A stretch of DNA of 50,814 nt from a virus (lineage: Duplodnaviria; Caudoviricetes). The position numbers and the translations under genes were made by a program. Within the stretch, counting starts at the first letter, position 1. Every line of letters starts with the position of its first letter. Under the pieces are notes generated by a model, which was not told where the DNA came from, ran no database searches, and saw only the letters and a list, made by a program, of their open reading frames with translations. The stretch is from the IMG/VR virus record IMGVR_UViG_3300032103_000336, positions 1 to 50,814 of that record, one strand, 5' to 3'. Shown here one piece after another: positions 9,759 to 20,358 of this stretch.

Positions 9759-9977
9759 ATGTTATTTCATTTATTTACAGCCGTCATCGCTTGCTTAAGT
9801 CTCTGGGGAGCCTATTTAAACGCTGGTGGTAAAAAAAGCGGTTTTTATGTGTGGGGAACAGCAAATTTAGCTTGGATATTGGTAGATGGTAGCCGTGGAC
9901 TTTGGGCGCAGGCGGCTCTTTATACGGCCTTTTTGGCTATGAATATTTACGGTTGGTACAAATGGAAAAATAAATAA
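9759..9977 (+). CDS. Half-size PnuC-like (nicotinamide riboside transporter family) 3-TM protein
   Basis: Three TM helices; WxxxN motif (WGTAN); C-terminus YxxFxxMNIYGWYKW resembles the PnuC C-terminal half. Confidence 0.6.
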   Translation: MLFHLFTAVIACLSLWGAYLNAGGKKSGFYVWGTANLAWILVDGSRGLWAQAALYTAFLAMNIYGWYKWKNK

Positions 9978-10414
9978 TGAATATTGAAGAATTTAAAAAT
10001 CTTAGTTTTGAGGAAAAAACAAATGTTGTTAGAGAAGCGTGTTATAACACCTATGGAGACGCTTTAAATTTAATAATGAGTAATGAGACTGTTCCTATTT
10101 GTTTTCCTAAAGAAAGTTTAAGAACAATAGGTTTTCAAGGGCGTCTTAATTTAGCGATAAAAGATTTACATGATTTAAAAATTATTCGATATCATCCTAA
10201 ATATACGGGGGGATATTATCATTGTTATCAGGGAACAAACACATTGGAGTGGGAAAAAATTTGTCAAGCGCTGTATCCTAATTCCCCAAACGCCTATTTA
10301 CATATTAATCGTTTTCATTCTTTTCCTTTTCCTGAAAGTTATACTTTAGAAAGTTTTAAAGAGTTTGGAAAAAAAATAAAAAATTGGGAAACATCTAAAA
10401 ATGGCAATAGTTAA
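9977..10414 (+). CDS. Hypothetical protein
   Basis: ORF coupled to both neighbours. Confidence 0.6.
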   Translation: MNIEEFKNLSFEEKTNVVREACYNTYGDALNLIMSNETVPICFPKESLRTIGFQGRLNLAIKDLHDLKIIRYHPKYTGGYYHCYQGTNTLEWEKICQALYPNSPNAYLHINRFHSFPFPESYTLESFKEFGKKIKNWETSKNGNS

Positions 10415-12377
10415 TCAACTTGTACAACTTACGGCTGAACCTGGCGTTAAAGACGATATCCAGCCTATTCTTTCTGATACTTATTTAAGCACAGAATGGG
10501 TGCGCTTTCGCAATACGGGCATGCCACAAAAAATATTGGGCATGGAAAGTATAGCCGATTCTTTTACTAGAGAAGGTTCAGCTATTGAGAATTACGGAAT
10601 AAACGGCTCGACTTGTATTTTCTCTTATCCCGTCACAATGATTGAAAAAGATAAACTGGACCCGACAAAAGAAAAAAAATATTACTTAACGTCAATTATT
10701 TATGCTGTTCCAGCCATTTCTTTTGTAACGCAAAATCGCAAAAATATCTTAGCTTTTAAACAGTTATTTTTTGACGAAAATGGGGCTTTGTTTTCTGGAG
10801 AAAAATTAAAGGATACCCCGCCTCAGAACTATAATTTTTATTATCTGCCTGATGACATAGATTATGATTCGGTTATACCAACACTTCAAGTCGTTAACTT
10901 TTTAAGAAAGGGAGGGGATGGAGAACCTGCACAAGTATCGGAAACTTATCTTGTTCTTTCTTTAAATAATGCGTCTGAATTAGGCAGTTCTGAAACTTAT
11001 AAATTATATTATGCTCCGCTAGAATCGAAATTTGTTGTTTCTGATGCTTCAATAATAGCACCAATCCCAATAGAGTTTAAAATTTGTGAAACAGATCAAA
11101 CAACGGGAAATCCGCCAGTAAAAGTTCCCTTGACCTATAGCGGTGGTTGTTTAGTTTTGAATAACACATTTATGATTGTTTACGGAAATGGGGGGATAAT
11201 TTGGTGGAAAGTACCAAAAACAAGTTACGACAATGTCGCGGATTTTTTTAATGGATGGAATACGGATAATAGAGATATTATTGATTCCACAAAAGTTGTT
11301 GCCGCGCAAGCAATTAGGGGTTCCACAAGCTATAGTTGTCTTTTCTGGTCTTTAGGTTCGTTAAAACAAACAACTTTTTCCGTTAAAAAAATTGAAAATC
11401 CTCCTGATCCTAACGAAGATTACACGGTAGAAGCGACGACTCAAACGCTTGCCACAAGCACTTCTATTTTATCCTGGCAAAGTATTGTGGAAAATAACGG
11501 TATTTATTATTGGTTAGGAGAAGGACAGATCTACAGCTATTCTGGGGCACTTAATACAATTCCTAACATTTACAATGGAGAAACGTTTTTTAATGATATG
11601 GACAGGTCGCGAACGGTTCGTATTTTAGGATTTTATCTTCGTAAATACAACGAGATTTGGTGGGTTTACACGCCAAGAACTGGTACTAATACAAAAATTA
11701 ATAGCAAAGTTAATATATTCAACCTATCTTTAAATTGTTTCAATTTAACGCCGACAATTTTACCCATTCACGCTTTTGATGGCACGGATAACCTAAGCTT
11801 TGATTATCCGCTTATTAGCACTCCAGAAGTGAGAGGAAGCATTTTTTGGACAGATTTTTCAATAACAATCCCAACTTTATGGCAATTTGAAAAAGGAAGG
11901 GATTTGACACTTTATCCTTATTCAGTAAATCCTAATTTTAATCCGCAACCATCTGGCACTGTTTCTCTTCCTATCCCCTGTTCTTTGAAAACAAGATGGA
12001 TAAATTTTAATACAAGCACAGATGGCTGGAGTAAACTTTACAAAATAGAACCATTATTTTTATTAGATCCACAGAATGTTACTTACAATTTAATTGTTAG
12101 AACGAAAAATTGGGCAAACCAATATGAAGAAAATGAACCCATTATTTTTGAGGGCTTAACAGGAAGAAACAATTACATTGATTGTGGGCCTATTCATTCC
12201 CGTTTCTTTAGTTTTGAAATTTTCTTTCCAATTCGCTCTAATGTGAACGTGAACGCTTACATTAATTCTAAGTCATTTTTTAATGGCTGCACACTCAATC
12301 TTTATTTCGGAGAAGGTGCTGGCCTTAATACAGGGGACGAATTGAATAAACGAATACCTTCAGAAAATGCTTTCTAA
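10401..12377 (+). CDS. Tail tubular/stabilisation (nozzle, P22 gp10-like) protein
   Basis: N-terminus PGV..D...WVRFR..PQKILG; beta-rich body with YYWLG..IYSYSG and NEIWW.Y patterns typical of podoviral stabilisation proteins. Confidence 0.7.
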   Translation: MAIVNQLVQLTAEPGVKDDIQPILSDTYLSTEWVRFRNTGMPQKILGMESIADSFTREGSAIENYGINGSTCIFSYPVTMIEKDKLDPTKEKKYYLTSIIYAVPAISFVTQNRKNILAFKQLFFDENGALFSGEKLKDTPPQNYNFYYLPDDIDYDSVIPTLQVVNFLRKGGDGEPAQVSETYLVLSLNNASELGSSETYKLYYAPLESKFVVSDASIIAPIPIEFKICETDQTTGNPPVKVPLTYSGGCLVLNNTFMIVYGNGGIIWWKVPKTSYDNVADFFNGWNTDNRDIIDSTKVVAAQAIRGSTSYSCLFWSLGSLKQTTFSVKKIENPPDPNEDYTVEATTQTLATSTSILSWQSIVENNGIYYWLGEGQIYSYSGALNTIPNIYNGETFFNDMDRSRTVRILGFYLRKYNEIWWVYTPRTGTNTKINSKVNIFNLSLNCFNLTPTILPIHAFDGTDNLSFDYPLISTPEVRGSIFWTDFSITIPTLWQFEKGRDLTLYPYSVNPNFNPQPSGTVSLPIPCSLKTRWINFNTSTDGWSKLYKIEPLFLLDPQNVTYNLIVRTKNWANQYEENEPIIFEGLTGRNNYIDCGPIHSRFFSFEIFFPIRSNVNVNAYINSKSFFNGCTLNLYFGEGAGLNTGDELNKRIPSENAF

Positions 12378-12621
12378 AAATATTCCCCTTCCGATTGCTC
12401 TTACCTCACTATCCAGATGGATAGGTGAAATTATTATTTTTCAAAAAGATTGGTCAATTCCCTTGCCTCCAGAAACTGAAGAAAAATGGAAAGAGTGGGT
12501 GTATTCTTTCTACAGATCAAATCCAGAAATAGCAAATAAAGGAGCCCCCTTACCTCAAGATACGCAAAAGAATTGGCGTGAATGGGCTGAACAATTTCTT
12601 TTTTTCTCTCAAATCTTATGA
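12367..12621 (+). CDS. Small Trp-rich protein, probably virion-associated
   Basis: W..W...P.P...WREWA pattern; overlaps the nozzle gene and terL. Confidence 0.6.
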   Translation: MLSKNIPLPIALTSLSRWIGEIIIFQKDWSIPLPPETEEKWKEWVYSFYRSNPEIANKGAPLPQDTQKNWREWAEQFLFFSQIL

Positions 12622-14267
12622 GATATTTTAAAAGGCAATTACGCACTTTAGAAAAAAGAGCTAACGAACTTTTAACCTTATCAGATGTTTTGCCTTTGTC
12701 TGAGGAGGAATTAGAAATAAAACAAAAGTGTGAAGAAAGTCTTATTTTTTTTATTGAAACGTTCTGGTATGTCTTGTTCGGAAATCGAAAATTTATTAAG
12801 AGCTATCCTTTAGAAGCGATTTGCGATCATTTGGAAGCACTGGAAGCGGGATTAATAAAAAAACTTCTCGTTTGCGCCGTTTCTCGTATTGGAAAATCTA
12901 CGCCTGTTAATATTTATTTTCCGAGTTGGTATTGGATCAAAGCTCCTTATCGTAAAATTCTTGCTATGTCCCATGATCATCCGACCACTTTAGATTACGC
13001 GAAGAAACAATTGTTATTACAAAAAGATACATTCTACAATCGTCTATGGGGAGATACTTTCCGCTTACAAAAAGATTTTTGTAGTGTCTCAAATTTTTAT
13101 AATACGCAGGGGGGATCCCGTAAATCAATTTCCATTCATGGGGGCATGACAGGCTCAGGGGGTGATTTAAGAATTATTGACGATGCGAATCGGTTAAAAG
13201 ACTATTTAAATATTAATAAGATTCAGGCCGTTAATACAATTTACAGAAGCGAAATATCCACCCGTTCAGAAGGATATGACCAATCTTCTACAATTGTCTG
13301 CATGCAGAGATTAAACAAAATAGATTTAGTTGGCTATTTACTTGATACACAGCCTAAAAGCTGGGTTCATTTATTTCTTCCAACAGAATTTGACCCAAAT
13401 TACGTTTGTTCGACAGTTCCCTTAAAAAACGGCAAAGTATGGAAAGATAAACGAAAAATAGAAGGCGAAAGCATTTGTGAACAACGGTTAACCCCCGAAG
13501 CAATTCAAGATCTTAAAGCAGGTTTTGAGCATGATGAGCGATTAATATCGGCTGTTATGCAACAGAATCCAAAAGAGGACACGGGTATAGTGATTGATCC
13601 TTCTTGGTTTCGTGTTTGGGATTCTTATGCCCCGCAACTTGATTATATTCTACAAAGTTGGGATACGGCTTTTACCAATAAAGAAAAAAATGCCGCTTCT
13701 GCTTGTACAACATGGGGAGCTTTTAAACATCCAGAAACGGGAGAACCAAGCGTTATTCTTTTAAGCGTTCATGCGGGGCATTGGAATTTTGCGGATCTCC
13801 GTAAAAAAGTTTACGAGATTTTTTATGATTTTTGGGAAACAGATTTTGAATCAAAGCATAACCCAAAATTACCCGTTGACGCCGTTCTAATTGAATCAAA
13901 AGCTTCAGGAATTAGTGTTATTGACGAATTCCGTGCTACTGATCTTCCCATTAAAAGGTTTGAACCTATTGTCTATGGGTCTAAAAAAACCCGTCTTGAT
14001 CTTGTTAGCCATTACATTGAAAATGGTCGTGTTTTTCTAAAGAAAGATAAAGAATTTGAATTTGATATACCGTTTGTTATTACTCCTGGCTCAAAAGAAA
14101 TGTTGAAACAGCTCAAACTATTTCCTACAGGGCCTTGCGATATTTTAGACTCAATGAGCCAAGCTTTAATTTATTTACGTAAGCTTGGTTATCTCATCAA
14201 CACAAATGACCCCGCCAATGATCTTTTTACAAAATTTGGTTTCTTTTCAAATCTAATTAAAAGTTAA
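12618..14267 (+). CDS. terL: Terminase large subunit
   Basis: Walker A SRIGKST, Walker B RIIDD, CMQRL, QQNP, nuclease-domain motifs QSWDTAF and IESKASG, and FP.G..D..DS.SQAL. Confidence 0.93.
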   Translation: MRYFKRQLRTLEKRANELLTLSDVLPLSEEELEIKQKCEESLIFFIETFWYVLFGNRKFIKSYPLEAICDHLEALEAGLIKKLLVCAVSRIGKSTPVNIYFPSWYWIKAPYRKILAMSHDHPTTLDYAKKQLLLQKDTFYNRLWGDTFRLQKDFCSVSNFYNTQGGSRKSISIHGGMTGSGGDLRIIDDANRLKDYLNINKIQAVNTIYRSEISTRSEGYDQSSTIVCMQRLNKIDLVGYLLDTQPKSWVHLFLPTEFDPNYVCSTVPLKNGKVWKDKRKIEGESICEQRLTPEAIQDLKAGFEHDERLISAVMQQNPKEDTGIVIDPSWFRVWDSYAPQLDYILQSWDTAFTNKEKNAASACTTWGAFKHPETGEPSVILLSVHAGHWNFADLRKKVYEIFYDFWETDFESKHNPKLPVDAVLIESKASGISVIDEFRATDLPIKRFEPIVYGSKKTRLDLVSHYIENGRVFLKKDKEFEFDIPFVITPGSKEMLKQLKLFPTGPCDILDSMSQALIYLRKLGYLINTNDPANDLFTKFGFFSNLIKS

Positions 14268-14278
14268 CCTATTCTTTG

Positions 14279-14303
14279 AACTATCTGGAATTACCGGACA
14301 GTT
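14279..14303. repeat. 25-bp imperfect palindrome AACTATCTGGAATTACCGGACAGTT
   Basis: Same length and ends as the elements at 34478 and 48325. Confidence 0.7.
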
Positions 14304-14392
14304 GTTTTTCTAAATATAAATTGTTATTATGTAAACGTTAAAGGTGTTATTCAGACTTTCGCCTTTAATATGGTGGTAAACGCTTTGATCGC

Positions 14393-14423
14393 CCCGGCTT
14401 GCAATCACAGGTCGGGTTTTTTT
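14393..14423 (+). terminator. Rho-independent terminator at the strand-convergence point
   Basis: Stem CCCGGCTTG-CAATCA-CAGGTCGGG followed by a T7 run. Confidence 0.75.
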
Positions 14424-16206
14424 ATCCTCCGAAAACTAAATTATTTAAATTTCTTAAAGCTAACGCACGACCGACGGGATTTTGTGGTAAATTTTTGAAA
14501 TTTGTAAAACCGCTTTTGAAAGGTGTTGTAACAGCTCCTATTCCCGCTTCTTGAAGTCCCTTGAGACTTGTGGGATATAATTTCAAATCATCAATATAAT
14601 TTTGTTTTTTGTTTATATCTGTTTGTAATTTGTTAAATTTATTTTTTGCTGCTTCAGAAGCCCAATTTTGATAATCTTTGCCCAGTTTTATTTTACCTTC
14701 TAAATTTTTGAAGAGATTTGATCTTGTCTTAGGATTAATTCTTTTAACAATTTCTTCAATTTCTTGAATAGTTTTTGCCTTATCAAAAATTCCTTGTGCC
14801 GCCAATCTTGCAATTTCTTTTTGTTTGGCGATATCTACGCCTTTAAAAAGCCCCCCTGTCTCTACGTTATTCAACGTTTTAGCTATAAAATTTTTACCTA
14901 ATTTATCCCCTGAATCATTTTCAGCAATCTTGCTTAAATCTTTAAAGTGACCTTTATAAGGCTCAGCGTAATTCTTTGCGTAATTTTCTTTTAATTTCAA
15001 ATAAGACTCTTGAAGATTCTCAGGTATAGCTTCTTCTAAATCCTGTTTTAAGCCAAACCTTAAACTTTTTAATTGTTTATCGTCTACATTGGATGGCACA
15101 CCCCATTGTTTTTGTAATTTATTATCTAATATTTTTTTTAAAGTAGTCCTTTGAAGCGGCGCGGCAGTTCCTACCTCTAACTCAATTTTGTTCATTGGTT
15201 TCAAATTAATATTAGGCTCTAAATTAGAATTTTTTAATATTTTATTTGTTTCCGATTTTCTAAAAACTGGCAATTCTTTTGCAAGATTTGTTAAAGGAAA
15301 TTCTTGATTTAATTTTTTATTAAAATTATTCAAAGAAATTTCTTCAGGGATTTGAGAAAAAATCTCTTCAAAAGCTTTGTTATAAGGTTTTTTATGATTT
15401 TCAAGACCAATAGGTAATGTCTCTTTTAATAAATTTGACAATTCATAAGGATCTTCATTCCCCTCAACACCCATATATTTTTTTGTTTTTTCAACAGCTC
15501 TGTTGCCCAAATTCTTTTCATAATTTTCGTATATTTTCTCTTTTTCTTTTAGGTTTGCTAAATTTTCAATTTCTTTTTCTTTTGTTTTATTAGTAACCCA
15601 TGTTTTGGGTGGTCTTATTTTAGGCCCCCCTAACGCTTTAGGCCAAACACGATTATAGACAGTTTTAACCGCTTTATTACCCAAACCTCCTAAACCACTT
15701 CCAATTAAACTTGTTACTAAATCTGGGACAAAACCAAGTTCTGCTTCCCTCTCCAAAGCACTGTTTTTAGCGTTTTGATTGACCACGGCTCCCCCTAAAA
15801 GAGGCAACGCTAATTTTGGAATTGCTTTTAGCGGAGTTCCAACTAGCCCTGCGGCAAATTCGCCGATATTTTTAGCGTAACGATTTCCTTCATGATACTC
15901 AGGTTCTTTTATTAAACTGTTTTCTAAATCTTTTTCGGCTTTTTGTATTTCTTCTGGAGTTTTTTTCCATCTTTGCAAATTAATATTCATTTTACCTCGT
16001 GCTCGTGGCCCCGAGCCGACTAAATCCGCAAAATTATCAAGACCTTCTTTTAAACCACGACCAAAAGATTTAACAAGCCCCCAAGCCCCGGCTTCATAAG
16101 AATTTTTTAAAGTAAAACCCTCTTTCAGCGCTTGTTTAACTAAATCTCTTTTGACTTCGCCAATAGTTCCGTCTGGCGCTTTCATTGTTATTGTAAATTT
16201 TGTCAT
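14422..16206 (-). CDS. Putative internal virion/DNA ejection protein
   Basis: Helical, K/L/G/A-rich, last gene of the structural operon; N-terminus APDGTIGEV...ALKEGF. Confidence 0.6.
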   Translation of the reverse strand: MTKFTITMKAPDGTIGEVKRDLVKQALKEGFTLKNSYEAGAWGLVKSFGRGLKEGLDNFADLVGSGPRARGKMNINLQRWKKTPEEIQKAEKDLENSLIKEPEYHEGNRYAKNIGEFAAGLVGTPLKAIPKLALPLLGGAVVNQNAKNSALEREAELGFVPDLVTSLIGSGLGGLGNKAVKTVYNRVWPKALGGPKIRPPKTWVTNKTKEKEIENLANLKEKEKIYENYEKNLGNRAVEKTKKYMGVEGNEDPYELSNLLKETLPIGLENHKKPYNKAFEEIFSQIPEEISLNNFNKKLNQEFPLTNLAKELPVFRKSETNKILKNSNLEPNINLKPMNKIELEVGTAAPLQRTTLKKILDNKLQKQWGVPSNVDDKQLKSLRFGLKQDLEEAIPENLQESYLKLKENYAKNYAEPYKGHFKDLSKIAENDSGDKLGKNFIAKTLNNVETGGLFKGVDIAKQKEIARLAAQGIFDKAKTIQEIEEIVKRINPKTRSNLFKNLEGKIKLGKDYQNWASEAAKNKFNKLQTDINKKQNYIDDLKLYPTSLKGLQEAGIGAVTTPFKSGFTNFKNLPQNPVGRALALRNLNNLVFGG

Positions 16207-16209
16207 TTT

Positions 16210-19200
16210 TTACCTCTGAAAAAAGTATTTTTTCTTTTCTTCTAACCCCTGCGGTGGCTTGTCCAAAACGCCGTTTGTATTCGGATTAACGGGTATATTA
16301 GGATTGCGTTGATTAGTTTCTAAGGCTTCGTCAATTGTTACGCCCTCTGGTTTTTCGAATCCGCCATAATTCGCTATAATATAATTTCTCACTAAAGGAT
16401 TGTTTAAAAAAGGCGCCGCTCTGTTTAAAACAAATTTTTTTCTAGATTTTTCGTCTTCGTCAACTAAATCTATAAAATTTTGCGCTGTCTTAATTTGCTG
16501 CTCTGGCCTAGCTCCCCCTAATTGGTTTTTACTTTTTAAGGCAATCGCTTGCCCCTGATTCGTGGCCGCTTTACCAGAAGTAATTTGGGATAAAGGCGCT
16601 GCGACGGCATTGGTATTTTGCTCGTAAGAAGCTAAATCCGGAGCATCCCCCGCACCAAAAAGAGACCCCACAATGTGGTGAATCCCCTCACCAAAACTTT
16701 TAGGAATCAGCGCTTTAGAATATCGCAAAGACCAGTGGCTTGGATCAATTTTCTTACTTTTAATTAAATCTATTTGGTTTTGGCCAGCGTGCCTTAAATG
16801 ATTATAGGCTTGCTTAATCTTTTCTTCATCTTCTGTTATTTTTTTAATAGAGCTCTGAAATAAAGCATATTCTTTTTCTTCTTTTGCAGTTTTTTGTTTT
16901 TCACGGGCCATATCCTCTTTTTCTTTTCTAGTATCAAAAAGGGATTGAGCTGTTAACCTTCTAATGTCGTCTAATACATTAAAACGTCTATTTTTTTCTT
17001 TTAATTCTGCGCTTTTCCACTCGACATTCTCTTTATGCCTTTGTTCTTTCCCCGCTTCTAATCCGATCGATTTTAAAAGAGATATAGCCGTTTTTTGAGA
17101 TTCTGCCGCCAAAGCCTGTCTATTTTTCTCTTGTTCTAATCTTAATTCTTTTGCCTTTGGGGCCATCTCCCCAAGTGCGGTAGCGATATTTCCATGACCT
17201 GGGCCCATAGCTTTTAACCCAAGACCCCTTGTGATAGCCGCCCCCGTTAAAGCTAATTCAATTTCGTCTGGATCTGAAAAATTTTTCCCAAATTCTTCTT
17301 TTGAATTATTATTTTTCTTTAGCGCTTCCAAAACAGAAGCTAAATAATCTTTACCTGTTAGTAAGCCGCCTGTATTTTTTTTCACAATACCACCACTTTT
17401 TTTTCCTTTTTTTAAAGAAGCTACTTTTGCATTAACGGCATTGTCAAAATCTTCCTGCCAATTGTGTCCCGCGTTATAAGCTTTTGCTCCTTGTCCCGCT
17501 AAATTTCCTATAATGGCAGCCTTTTCCCAATTGTTATTAGGGGCCCTTATTTTGTCGAATTTAACAAATTCTGGTGCTCTATTACCAACTAAAGCAACGG
17601 CGTTGAAATCATCGTGGGTTTTTAATTGTTTTTTTAATAATTCGTTTTGCTGTTCCGCTGCCATTTCGTCTAATTTTTCGCCTCTTACTCTTTGGCCGAA
17701 TCGATCAAAAACATTAGTTTTTTCCTTCTGTCTTTCAATAGCTTTATCTTGTGCCTCAATTTTGCTTGTGTGCTCTTTTTTTGCTTCGTCTAAATCAAGT
17801 TTTCCTAAATCTAAATTACGGTTTTGAAAATCCTGTAGCTCTCCCCTTCTATCTTTATATCGATCGTATTCCAAATCGTAAGCGCTTTTTAAAGCTTTTT
17901 CCCTTGTTTTATCAGAAATATTTTTGAACGTTGTCCCACGCTGTAAAATTCCTTGCCCAGGTGTCATAGCCATTTCTATATTTTTATTATTAATATGTTT
18001 TTCGTACAAATCGAATAGTTTTTGCATCCCTCGATCTGCTTCCGCATTGTACCCTTCCCTGAACTTATCTATTGTAAAATCCTCTAATTTATTTAAGGGA
18101 TCTCTTAACTTATTAATTTTATTTTCAGAAGAGTAAACTGGCGCAGATTGAGAATTTTTATCAATATAATCTTTAAGATTTTTTCTAAATTTTTCTTCAA
18201 TTTCTGGATTTAGAGAAGCGAAAAGAGGTTTGAACTCTTGATCGTATTGATAAGGTTGCTGTTCCGTTTCATTCTTAAGATATTTATTATAACCAACAAC
18301 TTCCGCTAAAGTATGAGGATTGCCCCCTTCCGCTCTGGGAGGATTTTTAAGTTCTGTAGGTTTGGCTAGAACATTTTCTATTTTTTGTACATCATCTTTA
18401 GATAAATTAGGATCCCTTTTAATTCTTTCAATGTTATTATTAATTGAATCAATTGCTTTTTTGTGTACTTGAGTTTCTAATACTTGAGGTTGTATTGGAT
18501 TAGAGCCACCTATAAATTTCCTTGTTCCTTCGGGTCTAGAATCTTCAATTTGTTTTTTTATGGCTTTTAAACGTAATATTTGATCGTTAGGGTTAAGCCC
18601 TGATAATTCTTGAATTTCCCCTAAAACAAATTGTTCAATATTTTTTTCTTGTTCTTCGGTTAACGCAGGGGAGTTTTGAAATTTTCTCTTTAAAATTCTT
18701 CCATTTGGCTCTATTTGCTGGGCAGTAATATTTTTAAGGGAATCTAAAAGATTAGGTGTAGGCCGTGTTAAATAAGCTGGATTAATAAAATTTTCTACTT
18801 TATTTGGCATTTTTGGTAAAGCCCTAGATAAAGAAGTATTTTCTTGTAAAGGCCTTCCGTCTGTTCCTTGTGAATTTAATTGAGCAAAAGTTTTATTAAA
18901 AATACTAGGAGCTTCTCGGAAAATTTTACTAGATGTATTTGCGACACGCTGATTAGAATTTTGAAGCGCCCCGTCTATATCAAAGGTAACAGATCGTTCA
19001 AGTCTCGGAGCATCTCGAAAAGGGTTATTGGCTTCTTGCTCCTTAGCAACTTCTATTTCAAGTTCCTTTACTCTATTACTTTGAGCAATTACTTTCTGTT
19101 CAATTTCCTTAAATTTTTTTTGAGAAGCATTACTCCGTGCTGTTATTATTTCGAGTTCCCTTAATTCTTGCAACTTTTGTAATGCTATCTCTAATAACTC

Positions 19201-19215
19201 TTTATTTGTTTTCAT
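16210..19215 (-). CDS. Large putative internal virion/ejection protein
   Basis: 1001 aa, coiled-coil rich, KKSGG/NTGG motifs, located after the tail genes. Confidence 0.6.
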   Translation of the reverse strand: MKTNKELLEIALQKLQELRELEIITARSNASQKKFKEIEQKVIAQSNRVKELEIEVAKEQEANNPFRDAPRLERSVTFDIDGALQNSNQRVANTSSKIFREAPSIFNKTFAQLNSQGTDGRPLQENTSLSRALPKMPNKVENFINPAYLTRPTPNLLDSLKNITAQQIEPNGRILKRKFQNSPALTEEQEKNIEQFVLGEIQELSGLNPNDQILRLKAIKKQIEDSRPEGTRKFIGGSNPIQPQVLETQVHKKAIDSINNNIERIKRDPNLSKDDVQKIENVLAKPTELKNPPRAEGGNPHTLAEVVGYNKYLKNETEQQPYQYDQEFKPLFASLNPEIEEKFRKNLKDYIDKNSQSAPVYSSENKINKLRDPLNKLEDFTIDKFREGYNAEADRGMQKLFDLYEKHINNKNIEMAMTPGQGILQRGTTFKNISDKTREKALKSAYDLEYDRYKDRRGELQDFQNRNLDLGKLDLDEAKKEHTSKIEAQDKAIERQKEKTNVFDRFGQRVRGEKLDEMAAEQQNELLKKQLKTHDDFNAVALVGNRAPEFVKFDKIRAPNNNWEKAAIIGNLAGQGAKAYNAGHNWQEDFDNAVNAKVASLKKGKKSGGIVKKNTGGLLTGKDYLASVLEALKKNNNSKEEFGKNFSDPDEIELALTGAAITRGLGLKAMGPGHGNIATALGEMAPKAKELRLEQEKNRQALAAESQKTAISLLKSIGLEAGKEQRHKENVEWKSAELKEKNRRFNVLDDIRRLTAQSLFDTRKEKEDMAREKQKTAKEEKEYALFQSSIKKITEDEEKIKQAYNHLRHAGQNQIDLIKSKKIDPSHWSLRYSKALIPKSFGEGIHHIVGSLFGAGDAPDLASYEQNTNAVAAPLSQITSGKAATNQGQAIALKSKNQLGGARPEQQIKTAQNFIDLVDEDEKSRKKFVLNRAAPFLNNPLVRNYIIANYGGFEKPEGVTIDEALETNQRNPNIPVNPNTNGVLDKPPQGLEEKKKYFFQR

Positions 19216-19217
19216 AA

Positions 19218-20342
19218 CTACACCTTGACACTTAAATAAGATTCAAAAGGTTTTGCTTTTTTTGGCAAACGGCTCGGATCATCTCGTTTATCTTTACGAA
19301 GTTCATTAATGGCATTTTTAATAACATTAGACCCCTCCTTAATAGGATTTTTAGATTTTTTGTTTTTTAATAATCCGAGAATTTCAACAACACGGGGAGG
19401 ATGCTTATACTCTTCATTAGCTAAATAAACAGGCACTTGCGGTGTTTTATTTGGTAAGGAAGAAGGTAATTTTTTGCCGTATTTTTTTACCAAATAATTT
19501 TCAAAGCGCTTTAACTCTTTTGCTCCCGCTTCTGAAGAACCATCCCCTAAATCACTAACACTTGAGGCGTCAATAATATAAGAATGAAGCGGCGTAGATG
19601 TTTTAATAGAATCGCTTTGACCTGTTCCAGGCCCTTTAATCCAGCCTCCTTTATGACTTGAGGGAGGGGCGGCTAAACCACCTTTTTTAAACCCGTATAA
19701 ATTTTTCCGATGTTCCTTATGTGCTTCCGCTAAATGTTGATTCATTTGGGGAACGGGATTAAAATTTAAAAACTTTTTTAATCTTTCTAACTCGTCCATT
19801 TCTTGTCTACGGTAATATTTATTGTCTTCCATTGCCCCAAGTTGTCCGAATAATTGAGAGGCTCCCATAGCGGCAAATGGTAAAGCTGCCATCCAACCGA
19901 AGAACTCTAGCAATCCGTCTTTAGGGTTTAATTTAGGCTGCCCACCTGTTAAATAAACAAAGAACTTAGCGAGACCTAAGGGCATAGAGACAATTTCCGT
20001 ATCTCCATAACGGCCGTCTTGTTTGAGTTTCTTTAGCATCTTTAAACGCATGACGTCGTTAACCGTTTTAGGAATTTCTGGATTGTTTAATGCTTGTTCT
20101 CTCGTGTCGGGCATTCCCCCTTGTAATCTTTGTAAAACTTCCCCTAAATAGGTTGTGGGCTTTTTCTTAGCTAACGCAGCAATTTTTGCCATAAGTTGTG
20201 GATGTTGTTTAAACAATTCCCACAAAGGAGCAAAGTTTTTCAAACCTGTTTTAGGGTCAATTTCTGCGTTTGCCAAATGATCCAGTAACCCTATTTCTTC
20301 AGGATTAACGTGGACTAATATTTCTTTTTCATTATCGTTCAT
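19218..20342 (-). CDS. Putative internal virion/ejection protein with a duplicated VH..(N/D)PKxGL leader
   Basis: LVHVNPEE...DPKTGLKNF; GRYGDTEIV...NPKDGLLEF; GPGTGQSDSI...DLGDGSSEAGA. Confidence 0.65.
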   Translation of the reverse strand: MNDNEKEILVHVNPEEIGLLDHLANAEIDPKTGLKNFAPLWELFKQHPQLMAKIAALAKKKPTTYLGEVLQRLQGGMPDTREQALNNPEIPKTVNDVMRLKMLKKLKQDGRYGDTEIVSMPLGLAKFFVYLTGGQPKLNPKDGLLEFFGWMAALPFAAMGASQLFGQLGAMEDNKYYRRQEMDELERLKKFLNFNPVPQMNQHLAEAHKEHRKNLYGFKKGGLAAPPSSHKGGWIKGPGTGQSDSIKTSTPLHSYIIDASSVSDLGDGSSEAGAKELKRFENYLVKKYGKKLPSSLPNKTPQVPVYLANEEYKHPPRVVEILGLLKNKKSKNPIKEGSNVIKNAINELRKDKRDDPSRLPKKAKPFESYLSVKV

Positions 20343-20358
20343 TGTCTATTTCCTTTTA

